This document shows, one piece after another, positions 1-8,893 of a DNA stretch of 64,000 nt. A program made the position numbers and the translations under genes. The stretch's first letter is position 1. Each line of letters begins with the position of its first letter. This DNA comes from an uncultured Planctomycetaceae bacterium (GTDB lineage Bacteria > Planctomycetota > Phycisphaerae > SM23-33), in assembly GCA_964417755.1 (NCBI GenBank), contig CAYQJH010000002.1, positions 2,693-66,692 of the forward strand, given 5' to 3'. The notes beneath the pieces are model-generated. The model ran no database searches. It saw only the letters and a program-made list of their open reading frames with translations, and was not told where the DNA came from.

Positions 1-94
1 ATAGATGAAGTCTCCTTGCGTTTGTCGTTCACTTCGATATTGGGAGTTCCCTGTTGGATATTCTGCGGTTCGTCGTGCATCCTTTGTTCTTGAC

Positions 95-1123
95 CTAATA
101 CAGCCCCGCTGTCTCATCGAGGCCGAACATCAGGTTCATATTCTGCACCGCCTGGCCGGATGCGCCCTTGATTAGATTGTCGATGGCGGCGAAGACGACC
201 ACCCGGCCTTTGGTTACGCGGACGGCCAGGTCGCAGAAGTTCGTGTATGCCACGTACTTCGTCGCCGGCAGCACGTCGGTGCGGACGCGGACGAATGGCT
301 TGTCCGCATAGGCGTCCTGCAGAACCTTGGTCAGGCTTTCGGTCGTCACTTCGCGCGTGGGCTTGGCATAGATGCTCGAGAGGATTCCGCGGTCCATCGG
401 GCAAAGGTGCGGCTGGAAGAGCACGTCAACCTCTTTGCCGCTGATGGCCTTGAGATTCTGCTCGATCTCGGGCATGTGGCGGTGCGAGCCGACGCCGTAA
501 GGCTCGAAGTTCTCGTTCCGCTCGGGGTAGTGGAACTTCAGGCTGGGCGTGCGGCCGGCCCCGCTGACGCCGCTGATGGAATTGCAGATAATGCCCGTCG
601 GCTCGATGAACCCGCCGAGCAGCAGGGGGGCCAGTGCCAGCGTCGCACTGGTGGGGTAGCAGCCGGGATTGGCGATAAGCCCCGCTGACTTGATCTGCGG
701 TGCGAAGTACTCCGGCAGGCCATAGACAGCCTCCGACAGGCCCTTGGCGTCCATGTGCGGGCAGTACCATTTTTCGTAGACCGCGGCGTCCTTCAGGCGG
801 TAGTCCGCAGACCAGTCGATGCAGCGGATGCCATTGGCGCGAAGCTTGGGGACATAGTCCATCGCCACCTTGTGCGGCACGCAGAGCATGGCCAGCTCGG
901 CGCCGCTGGCGACGACCTTGTCAACGTCGAAGAGTTCCTGGCTAAGCAGCACCTGCTTGGACAGCAGCGGGTAGAACTGCTCCATCGGGCCAAGTTCCTT
1001 CTCCGGGCCGTAAACGCCCACAAGCTGCGCATTGGGATGACGCAGCAGGATACGGATGACCTCAAACCCGGCATAGCCGCTGCCGCCGATCAGTACGACC
1101 TTCACTTTGCGTGTACTGCACAT
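95..1123 (-). CDS. argC: N-acetyl-gamma-glutamyl-phosphate reductase
   Basis: 342 aa. N-terminal GGSGYAG Rossmann motif and catalytic-Cys motif NPGCYPT typical of ArgC. Confidence 0.9.
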   Translation of the reverse strand: MCSTRKVKVVLIGGSGYAGFEVIRILLRHPNAQLVGVYGPEKELGPMEQFYPLLSKQVLLSQELFDVDKVVASGAELAMLCVPHKVAMDYVPKLRANGIRCIDWSADYRLKDAAVYEKWYCPHMDAKGLSEAVYGLPEYFAPQIKSAGLIANPGCYPTSATLALAPLLLGGFIEPTGIICNSISGVSGAGRTPSLKFHYPERNENFEPYGVGSHRHMPEIEQNLKAISGKEVDVLFQPHLCPMDRGILSSIYAKPTREVTTESLTKVLQDAYADKPFVRVRTDVLPATKYVAYTNFCDLAVRVTKGRVVVFAAIDNLIKGASGQAVQNMNLMFGLDETAGLY

Positions 1124-1246
1124 CTTGTTGCCTTTCTAAGAGTCAATGACGAATGACGATTCGCCATTCGGATTTTCCGTAAAGACAAGCCCCAGCGCTG
1201 CGGTAGCGCCGGGGCTTGGTTTTCGCTCTCGTTTGAATCTTGCGGC

Positions 1247-1774
1247 TTAACGCTTGGAGAACTGGAACCGCTTGCGGGCGCCTTTCTGCCCGTACTTCTT
1301 GCGTTCCTTCATCCTGGCGTCGCGGGTGAGCAGGCCATTATCGCGAAGGGCAGCCTCGGCGTCCGGGGCAGCCTTGACCAGCGCGCGGGCCAGGCCCAGG
1401 CACACGGCGCCGGCCTGTCCGACATTGCCGCCGCCGTTGACGTTCGCGAAGACGTCCCAGCTCTTGAGCATGTTGACCGTCGTCAGGGGCAGGGCTGCTG
1501 CATTCTGGTCGCGAATGTCCACGAAGTATGCGTCCTTTTCGCGGTCGTTGACCAGGAACTTGCCGCTGCCGGGGCGGACGCGAACGCGGGCGATGGCCTT
1601 CTTGCGACGCCCGGTGCCCCAGATGAACAGCACGCCCGGCGGAAGCGCCGGGGCGGTGATGGTTTTTTGCTCAGCCGGCGCGGCTGCCTGCGCCTCTGCG
1701 GCCGGGGAAACCCCGCCCAGCGTCAAGGCCGGCTCCTGCTGCGACGATTCGGATTTGTTTGTGTCTTCTGCCAT
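1247..1774 (-). CDS. rpsI: 30S ribosomal protein S9 with ~45-aa N-terminal extension
   Basis: C-terminus GGGxxGQAGA...LTRDARxKERKKYGxKxARKRFQFSKR matches S9. Sits immediately downstream of rplM on the same strand. Confidence 0.85.
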   Translation of the reverse strand: MAEDTNKSESSQQEPALTLGGVSPAAEAQAAAPAEQKTITAPALPPGVLFIWGTGRRKKAIARVRVRPGSGKFLVNDREKDAYFVDIRDQNAAALPLTTVNMLKSWDVFANVNGGGNVGQAGAVCLGLARALVKAAPDAEAALRDNGLLTRDARMKERKKYGQKGARKRFQFSKR

Positions 1775-1789
1775 CGAATGACTTCCTGA

Positions 1790-2224
1790 CTAGATCTCCA
1801 AGGTTTCAGGCTGCTGCGCCTGGTGATGATGCTCGCTGCCGGCATAGACCTTGAGCTTCTTCAGCATGGCCATGCCGAGCTTGTTCTTGGGCAGCATACG
1901 GCGGACGGCCTCGGTTATGACATCTTTGGGCTTCTTGGCCAGCATGGTGTCGAGATTGACGATCTTCTGCCCGCCGGGATACTTGCTGTAGGTCTGGTAG
2001 TCCCGCTGCTGGCCCTTGTGGGCGCCGGTGAACTTGATCTTCTTGGCGTTGATGACGATGACAAAGTCACCCGTATCAACGTGAGGCGTATACTCCGGCC
2101 GATGCTTGCCCATCAGGATCGTAGCGATCCGCGAGGCCGCCCGGCCGAGGATCTTGTCCGAAACGTCCACGACGAACCACTTCTGCGTCAGTTCGCCTTT
2201 CTTGGCCATATAAGTCGTATTCAT
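1790..2224 (-). CDS. rplM: 50S ribosomal protein L13
   Basis: WFVVDxxxKxLGRxAS...GKHxPEYTPHVDTGDFVIVINA matches L13. Start is either M at 2224 or 2209; the ORF as given runs to 2242. Confidence 0.85.
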   Translation of the reverse strand: MNTTYMAKKGELTQKWFVVDVSDKILGRAASRIATILMGKHRPEYTPHVDTGDFVIVINAKKIKFTGAHKGQQRDYQTYSKYPGGQKIVNLDTMLAKKPKDVITEAVRRMLPKNKLGMAMLKKLKVYAGSEHHHQAQQPETLEI

Positions 2225-2362
2225 TCTCGTCTCACCTGTCAAAACCAGGGCAATGACATAAAGAGCCGCGCATTATGACATCCTGTGCGCAAGAGTCAAC
2301 CTCTTTTTATCGCGCCGTTGCCGTTTTTGTGGTGCACGCCTCCGGCCCGGCAGCGATGCCCA

Positions 2363-2926
2363 TTAGAACTTTACGCTCGGCGCCTGGCGATGCTGAGTTT
2401 CCTCGACTTCAAAGAACTCAGCCGGCTGGAAGTTGAACATGCCCGCAATGATATTGTTGGGGAATATCTGCCTGGCTGTATTGTACACGGCCACAGCATC
2501 GTTATATGCCTGCCGGCTGAAGGCGATGCGGTTCTCCGTACCGGCCAGCTCCTCCTGAAGTTGTGCAAAATTCTCATTGGCCTTGAGAGTCGGGTAGGCT
2601 TCGGCCACAGCCAGCAGCTGTCGCAAAGCGCCGGTGAGCATATTCTCAGCCTCCGCGTGCTCCTTGACGCTCTTGGCGGATACGGCGGCGGCGCGGGCAT
2701 TGATGACGGCCTCCAGCGTGCCGCGCTCATGCGCGGCGTAGCCCTTGACCGTTTCGACGAGGTTGGGAATCAGGTCGTACCGCCGCTTGAGCTGCACGTC
2801 GATCTGCGACCAGCCCTCCTGCGTGCGAATCCGCTTCTGCACCAGGCTGTTGTAGATGGACACAACCGCCAGGCCCAGCAGGCCTGCGATCACGAGGATG
2901 ATTATCAGCGGCACCAGCGTGGTCAT
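2363..2926 (-). CDS. lemA: LemA family membrane protein
   Basis: N-terminal TM helix followed by the LemA-like helical region ([32 protein letters not shown]). Confidence 0.8.
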   Translation of the reverse strand: MTTLVPLIIILVIAGLLGLAVVSIYNSLVQKRIRTQEGWSQIDVQLKRRYDLIPNLVETVKGYAAHERGTLEAVINARAAAVSAKSVKEHAEAENMLTGALRQLLAVAEAYPTLKANENFAQLQEELAGTENRIAFSRQAYNDAVAVYNTARQIFPNNIIAGMFNFQPAEFFEVEETQHRQAPSVKF

Positions 2927-2944
2927 GGTGTTCCCTTTCAAACG

Positions 2945-3290
2945 ACAGGCTAGAGGCTACAGACTTCAGGCTACAGGAGCGGCAACGATAACGGCAGGCT
3001 CCGGGCTTCGGGCTTCAGGCGCGGCAACAACAACAACGGCAACAACGGCAACGGCAATGACGGCCGAACAGCAAAACAACAAAACGGCAACGGCTGCAGG
3101 CGGGACGCCTGCACCACAAGAACGGCAACGGCAACAGCAACGCAACAGCAAGAAGGCCTGCGGAGCCATGGCGATAGCAGACAATGGCTGGCAATGATTT
3201 GTCAATAGCTTCTCTTTGCGTTCTCTGTGGCTCTGTGAGTCTGTGGCTCTGTGGCTCTGTAGTTCTGTGCTCAGCTGTTCTGAGACTCAG
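2945..3290. repeat. Complex repeat-rich divergent intergenic region: C-family element (GGCTACAGACTTCAGG...), (GGCAAC/AACGGC)n hexamer tracts, and 8-mer (GCTCTGTG)n tandem
   Basis: Direct reading. Hexamer tracts span about 3010-3178 and five or more 8-mer copies sit at 3216-3262. Related copies at 32547-32637 and 47120-47212. Confidence 0.7.
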
Positions 3291-3336
3291 CGGCGGATGT
3301 TTGTGTTATAATGCCAGCGTTGTCACGAGGAACATC

Positions 3337-4302
3337 ATGAGAACTATCATCATCGGCGGCAGCGGGCATATCGGCAGCTATCTCGTGCCGATGCTCCTGG
3401 AGGCTGGCCATCACGTCATCAATGTCAGTCGCCAGACGTCCCGTCCTTACCGTGCGGCTGCAATGTGGCGCGAGGTAGAGTCCATCGTCCTGGACCGCCG
3501 CAGCGAGGACCAGGCTGGCACGTTTGGCCGGACTATTGCCAAGCTCCAGGCTGATATCGTCATCGATAATATTTGTTTCACGCCGGAAAGTTGCCGGCTG
3601 ATCGTGGAGGCGCTGGCTGGGAGTGTGCGGCATTTCCTGATGACCGGCACCGTCTGGGTGCACGGCCCGGCGGAGTCCATCCCTACGAAAGAAGATGCCG
3701 TCCGCAAGCCCATCGGCGAGTACGGAATCAATAAGAACGCCATCGAGCAGTACCTGATAGACTTCTCCTGCCGCACGGGCTTCCCAGCCACGGTGCTTCA
3801 TCCTGGGCACATCGTCGGGCCGGGCTGGGTGTGCATCAATCCGCAGGGCGGCGCGAACCTGGAGGTCTTCCAGACCATTGCCGGCGGCAGGGAACTGACG
3901 TTGCCCAACTTCGGCCTGGAGACGCTGCACCACGTGCATGCCGAGGATGTTGCGCAAGGCTTCATTAAGGCCATCCAGCGGCCTAGCGCTTCCATTGGTG
4001 AATCGTTCCACGTGGTCTCGGAGGCAGCACTGACGCTTCGCGGCTATGCGGAGGCTGCCTATCGCTGGTTTGGCCACCAGCCGCGACTGAGGTTCATGCC
4101 GGCAGGCGAACTGGCGAAGCTGCTTACAGAGACAGACGCGACCGACATGATGGAACACATCAGCCGAAGCCCGTGTGCCAGCATCGAAAAGGCCCGCCGC
4201 CTGCTGGACTACCAGCCCAGGCACACTTCTCTTCAGGCCTGCCGCGAGGCGGTGGCCTGGATGATTCAGCACGGAAAGATTCGTGGGCAGATGGTGGATT
4301 AG
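3337..4302 (+). CDS. NAD-dependent epimerase/dehydratase (SDR family)
   Basis: ATG at 3337 gives MRTIIIGGSGHIGSYLV, a Rossmann GxxGxxG start. The ORF 5' extension runs through the tandem-repeat region and is not coding. Confidence 0.75.
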   Translation: MRTIIIGGSGHIGSYLVPMLLEAGHHVINVSRQTSRPYRAAAMWREVESIVLDRRSEDQAGTFGRTIAKLQADIVIDNICFTPESCRLIVEALAGSVRHFLMTGTVWVHGPAESIPTKEDAVRKPIGEYGINKNAIEQYLIDFSCRTGFPATVLHPGHIVGPGWVCINPQGGANLEVFQTIAGGRELTLPNFGLETLHHVHAEDVAQGFIKAIQRPSASIGESFHVVSEAALTLRGYAEAAYRWFGHQPRLRFMPAGELAKLLTETDATDMMEHISRSPCASIEKARRLLDYQPRHTSLQACREAVAWMIQHGKIRGQMVD

Positions 4303-4329
4303 ACATTTGAGCGGTACCACCGAGAATTG

Positions 4330-4432
4330 GTGCCACCCCCAAGCGCCGTTGCCGTTTGCTTGGGGATATTGGCCAAATCAGGCGAACACCCCAAGAGTAC
4401 TTGGGGGTGGCACCACTGATAACGTACTTGGG
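4330..4432. repeat. Inverted repeat / structured element (GGTGCCACCCCCAAG ... CTTGGGGGTGGCACC plus a third degenerate arm)
   Basis: 15-nt perfectly complementary arms at 4337-4351 and 4403-4417. The spacer contains CCCCAAG / CTTGGGG sub-repeats. Confidence 0.6.
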
Positions 4433-4484
4433 AGTGGCACCCATATGGAGTCCGAACAGTAACGGAACATAAGGTTGATTTGAC

Positions 4485-7214
4485 TTGGATTCTTTCACGC
4501 TGAACAAGATCGAGTTCAATGAGCTTCGCCGCATCCTGAGCGGCTATTGCAGTTGTTCATTGGGCAAAGACCTGGCCGTCCGCATCGGCCCCAGCCGCAA
4601 CCCCACTATCATCAAAAAGTGGCTGGGCCAGGTCAGCCAGATGGTCTATGCGATCCGCGACAACGGCCTGCCGCCTTTTGGCGGCGTGAGCGACATCGCC
4701 GGTCCGATGGAGCGCGCCAGGCCCGGCGGCGGGGCCATCGGCGACGATTATGCCACTATCGCCGCCTGCCTTGAGGGGGCCGACAACGTCAAGGCGTACC
4801 TCGGAAAGCTGGACGAGCAATTCGACCTGCTGCACGAATTGATATCGGGCATCGCCGACTTCAGCGAAGAACTGACAGCCATCTGGGCCATCATCGGCCC
4901 TGATGGCTTGGTTCTCGATTCCGCCTCGGTTCGCCTGGCGGAGCTTCGCTCGAGGATCCAGTCCACCGCCCGGCAGATTCACGACGTGATCTACGGCTAT
5001 CTCCGCGACAGCGAGGTTTCCCGGCTATTGCAGAACGCGACCGTCACGCTTCACGGCGACCGCTACGTGCTGCCGGTCAAGCAGGAGAACCGCGGGCGAT
5101 TGCCCGGCGTGGTGCATCGCGAGTCGAACACGGGCGCAACGGTTTTCGTCGAGCCAAACCAGTGCGTCGAGCTCAACAACCTGCTGAGCGACCTGTACGA
5201 GGACGAACGCAACGAGGTCCGCCGCCTGCTGAACACACTGGCCATCCGCATCACTGCCAAGGCCGCGGAGATCGAATCGACGCTGAGGGTTCTGGCACAG
5301 GTGGATTTGATCTCGGCCAAGGCCCAGTACGCCTATCAGAACCAGATGGTCTGCCCGGAGATCCTCGAGCGCGGAGCGCTGCAATTGGTGCAGGCTCGCC
5401 ACCCGCTGCTGATAGATCAGGCCGTCGAACAACGGCGCGCAGGCCAGGCGCCTGCACCGCAAAACAGCCAGCCGGCACGCGAGGTCGTGCCGATCGACGT
5501 CCGGCTGGGCCAGGACTTCGACCTGCTGGTGATAACCGGCTCAAACACCGGCGGCAAGACGGTTGCCCTGAAGACGGTGGCGATGCTGGTGCTCATGGCG
5601 CAGTCGGGCATGCACATCCCAGCGCAGCGGGGCTCGAGCGTGCCGGTGTTCCACGACGTGTTCATCGACATCGGCGACGAACAGTCGCTGCAGCAGTCGC
5701 TCAGCACGTTCGGGGCGCATATCAAGCGGGTGAAGTACATCCTGAGCAAGGCCGACCGCAACAGCATGGTCCTGCTGGATGAACTGGGCAGCGGCACCGA
5801 TCCCGACGAGGGTGGCGCCATCGGCCAGGCGATTTTGGACGAACTTCGCCGCATCGGCTGCCTGGGCATGGTAACCACGCACCTGAGCATACTGAAGGCC
5901 TACGCCTTCAGCAACGAGCGGGTCGATAACGCCTCGGTGGAATTCGACACCGCGACGCTAAGTCCTACTTATCATCTAACCATCGGCCGGCCCGGCGAGA
6001 GCCACGCCATCACGGTTGCCCAGAAGCTGGGCCTGCCCAAGCGAATTGTCAGCGCAGCAAGGGGGCACCTGGGCTCAGCCGGCAAGCAGTTCCGCCGGGC
6101 GATCAGCGCCACCAATGCGGTGCGGGCATCCGCGGAGGTCGCAAGGGCTGAAGCGCAGGCGGCGGCTGTCCAGGCCCGCAGCCAGCAGGAAGTATACGAG
6201 GCCAAGCTGGCTGACCTGCACCGCTTGCAGGAGGAGTTTGAGACGTGGCTGGCGAGGCTAGGGGAGATGAAGAGCGGCGAGGCGATCTTCGTGCCGTCGC
6301 TCAAGAAGACCGGCCACCTGGTGCGGCTGGAACTGCACAGGCAGATTGCGCTGGTCGATGCGGACAACGTGCAGGTGGAAGTGCCACTTTCGGAATTGAT
6401 GCCCAGCTTGGGGCAGGATGCCGTCCGCGAGCAGATCGCCTCGCTGCGCCAGCAGATCATGCAGCAGGCCAAGGCCAGCCAGGAGGCATCTGAGGCAGCC
6501 CGGCGGACGCAGGAGCAGTACCATCGCAGCCTGCAGCAGCAGAAGGAGCGGGCGCGGCAGTTCGACCACTGGCTAGGCGCGATAGCGCGGATGAAGGTGG
6601 GCGACGAGATCACGATCTCGTGCCGGCCCGGCAGGGGCACGCTCACGAAGGTGGACCTGCCCGGCCTGCGGGCCAGCGTCAAGGCAGGCCAGCAGGAGAT
6701 GGAATTGCCGCTATCGGAGCTTTTCCCGCAGACCGGGCCATTCGCCCGCCTGAGCAGCACGGGGGCTGAAGTTGCCCGTCATGACCACGGGCGGCATGGC
6801 CAGCAGCAAGTCGGCCAGCCCCGGCAGGGGCAAGGCGTCTATCGAGATCATTATCAGCGGCCGCACTCGGCTGGGGAAATGCGGCAAAGTCAAAGTGTTC
6901 AAGAAGAGCCTGTCGAAGTAGTGGACAATCGCCCGATGCATCGCCGCAGTGGCCAGTCGCGCGCCGCCCAAGACAACAAAGCAGCCCTGCTAGGCATCGA
7001 GCCCGGCCAGCAGGTCTTCGTCGTGCCGTTCAACAAGCGGGCAACGCTGATTCGCATCCTGGCTGAAAAAGGCCAAGCTATCGTGCAAAGCGGGATCTTC
7101 GAGATGCAGTTGCCGCTGGCTGATCTTGAGCCGATCCGCGAGCCGCCGCCGCAGCAGAAAAAGCACAAGCCCAGCAAGCCGCCCAAGGCTCAAGGCCAAT
7201 CGCAGGAAATCTGA
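4485..7214 (+). CDS. mutS2: Endonuclease MutS2-like ATPase, Smr-less, with three C-terminal KOW-like modules
   Basis: MutS family Walker A LVITGSNTGGKTVALKT and MutS2-type N-terminal region. TTG start. The C-terminus has three repeats of the pattern Gx(I/V)xVxxxxxxGxLxxxxxxxxAxVxxGxxExxLPLS(E/D)LxP and no recognisable Smr motifs. Confidence 0.75.
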   Translation: MDSFTLNKIEFNELRRILSGYCSCSLGKDLAVRIGPSRNPTIIKKWLGQVSQMVYAIRDNGLPPFGGVSDIAGPMERARPGGGAIGDDYATIAACLEGADNVKAYLGKLDEQFDLLHELISGIADFSEELTAIWAIIGPDGLVLDSASVRLAELRSRIQSTARQIHDVIYGYLRDSEVSRLLQNATVTLHGDRYVLPVKQENRGRLPGVVHRESNTGATVFVEPNQCVELNNLLSDLYEDERNEVRRLLNTLAIRITAKAAEIESTLRVLAQVDLISAKAQYAYQNQMVCPEILERGALQLVQARHPLLIDQAVEQRRAGQAPAPQNSQPAREVVPIDVRLGQDFDLLVITGSNTGGKTVALKTVAMLVLMAQSGMHIPAQRGSSVPVFHDVFIDIGDEQSLQQSLSTFGAHIKRVKYILSKADRNSMVLLDELGSGTDPDEGGAIGQAILDELRRIGCLGMVTTHLSILKAYAFSNERVDNASVEFDTATLSPTYHLTIGRPGESHAITVAQKLGLPKRIVSAARGHLGSAGKQFRRAISATNAVRASAEVARAEAQAAAVQARSQQEVYEAKLADLHRLQEEFETWLARLGEMKSGEAIFVPSLKKTGHLVRLELHRQIALVDADNVQVEVPLSELMPSLGQDAVREQIASLRQQIMQQAKASQEASEAARRTQEQYHRSLQQQKERARQFDHWLGAIARMKVGDEITISCRPGRGTLTKVDLPGLRASVKAGQQEMELPLSELFPQTGPFARLSSTGAEVARHDHGRHGQQQVGQPRQGQGVYRDHYQRPHSAGEMRQSQSVQEEPVEVVDNRPMHRRSGQSRAAQDNKAALLGIEPGQQVFVVPFNKRATLIRILAEKGQAIVQSGIFEMQLPLADLEPIREPPPQQKKHKPSKPPKAQGQSQEI

Positions 7215-7372
7215 GTTACGCGATTGTGAGGCACAGCCTCCCGGGCTGTGCAATGCCATGGCGGACCGACAAAAAACAGCATGCCCGAGGGCGGGCTTCG
7301 CCTGAAGATACTGACAATGCCAACAGCATGCAGGCGAGACGCCTGCACCACAAAACAGCGACCGCCGTTCGA

Positions 7373-8758
7373 TTACTTAGCTGACGGATATTGGCCAGCG
7401 TCATCGTGGCGGTGCTTGGCGCCAGCCTGCCCGGTTGCGGCGGACTTTTCCGCCGCGACGGCCTTGATCGCCCGCGCCAGCCTGGCCACGCCTTCGGATA
7501 TGTCCTTCATTCCGGCAACGCCGAACGTCAGGCGAATGCGATTCGTCGGGATCTTCCTGGCCGGGTCGGGGCCGTAGCAGAATTCGCCGGGCAGATACAG
7601 CACGCCTTCATCCAGCGCCTTCTTGAACAGATCGCTCTTTAGCCCTGTGTCGATGTGCTGCGGCAGCGTGAGGTACACGTACAGGCCGCCCATCGGGATG
7701 GTCCACTTCGTCTGGCCGGGGAAGAAATCGCCCAGGTGCTTCTTGAGGGCCTCCAGCATCGTGTGGGCCTTCTTGTGGTAATTCTTCCGCAACTTCTCGA
7801 CGTGCTTGTAGTACAGGCCCTTCTGCAAGGCCGTCAGCAGCATGTGCTGACAGAGATTGGCTGAACCGAAATCCTGGTTGCCCTTTTGGTTCAGCACCGC
7901 ATCGACCAGGTCGCCAGGCAGCAGGCCATAGCCGGTCTTGAAGCCCGGCGCGAACGGCTTGCTGAAGGTCTGGAGCAGCGCGACGTACTGGTTGTCGCGG
8001 TCGTACTTCTTTATCGACGGCGGCGTATCGCCCTCGAAGGTCAACTCGCGGTAGGCGGCATCCTCGATCAGCAGGATGCGATGGTGCCTGGAGTACTTCT
8101 TGACGATCTCCAGCATGCGCTCGCGGCGGTCGGCTGACAGCGTGATGCCGGTGGGGTTCTGGTGATAGCTGGTGACGTAGACGACCTTGACCTTGGGCAG
8201 TTGGCCGGTTCTGTCCAGCTCGGCCAGCAGGGCCTCCAGGCTGTCGGGGATGATGCCATTGTCGTCCATCTCCAGGCAGCGGATAGTCGCGCCTAGCGAC
8301 TCCAGCACGCACGTATAGACGAAGTAGCTCGGCCAGGCTGTGATGATGATATCGCCCGGGTCGATCAGCACGTCGGCCAGAATGAATAGCAACTGCTGGC
8401 TGCCGTTGGTCACGACGATGTTGTCGGGTGTGGCCTTCCAATGGCTGGTCGGTACGCCGTCCAGGCTGGCCAGGTGCTGGAGGAGCATTTGTCGCAATTG
8501 CGTCAGGCCCTCGGTCGAGCCGTATTGCAGGGCGGTCTGGGCGGACTTGGGCGTCTTGGTCAACTCGCCGACCAACTCGGCAACGTGATCCGTTGGCAGC
8601 GTCTCGTAATCGACCAGGCCGGCGGCCAGGGAAATCAGGTTGGGTTTATCCAGCACGACGCTGAGCATGTAATTGATCGGCTGCGGCCGGGAGCGCCTGG
8701 CCCGTGCCGATAGACCAAAGCCCAGAGCCTTCTGAGCACTTCCACCTTTATTATCCAT
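7373..8758 (-). CDS. PLP-dependent aminotransferase (class I/II fold)
   Basis: SYHQNPTG motif and SKPFAPGFKTGY with the candidate PLP-lysine. The true start may lie downstream of the ORF start. Confidence 0.7.
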   Translation of the reverse strand: MDNKGGSAQKALGFGLSARARRSRPQPINYMLSVVLDKPNLISLAAGLVDYETLPTDHVAELVGELTKTPKSAQTALQYGSTEGLTQLRQMLLQHLASLDGVPTSHWKATPDNIVVTNGSQQLLFILADVLIDPGDIIITAWPSYFVYTCVLESLGATIRCLEMDDNGIIPDSLEALLAELDRTGQLPKVKVVYVTSYHQNPTGITLSADRRERMLEIVKKYSRHHRILLIEDAAYRELTFEGDTPPSIKKYDRDNQYVALLQTFSKPFAPGFKTGYGLLPGDLVDAVLNQKGNQDFGSANLCQHMLLTALQKGLYYKHVEKLRKNYHKKAHTMLEALKKHLGDFFPGQTKWTIPMGGLYVYLTLPQHIDTGLKSDLFKKALDEGVLYLPGEFCYGPDPARKIPTNRIRLTFGVAGMKDISEGVARLARAIKAVAAEKSAATGQAGAKHRHDDAGQYPSAK

Positions 8759-8858
8759 ACGCTGCTGCCTTCTTTCAGTGTGGTGGCCGTCGCGATCTTA
8801 AACGCTGCGACCACTGCGCCCGCGCTTGGTACACAACCTTTCCAGGCTGTGTCGCGCC

Positions 8859-8887
8859 TTGACGGGCCTGCGGACACGCTGTAATTT
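8859..8887 (+). promoter_or_regulatory. Candidate sigma-70-like promoter for galK giving a near-leaderless transcript
   Basis: TTGACG (8859-8864), 17-nt spacer, TAATTT (8882-8887). The galK ATG is at 8894. Confidence 0.35.
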
Positions 8888-8893
8888 CCAGCA

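Noticed and set aside
2856-3205. Short ORFs translating to TTATTATA / poly-Ala-Val low-complexity peptides
   Set aside because: They are translations of the (GGCAAC)n minisatellite in the lemA/epimerase intergenic region, not genes.
3271-4320. 349-aa minus-strand ORF
   Set aside because: Antisense to the SDR epimerase gene.
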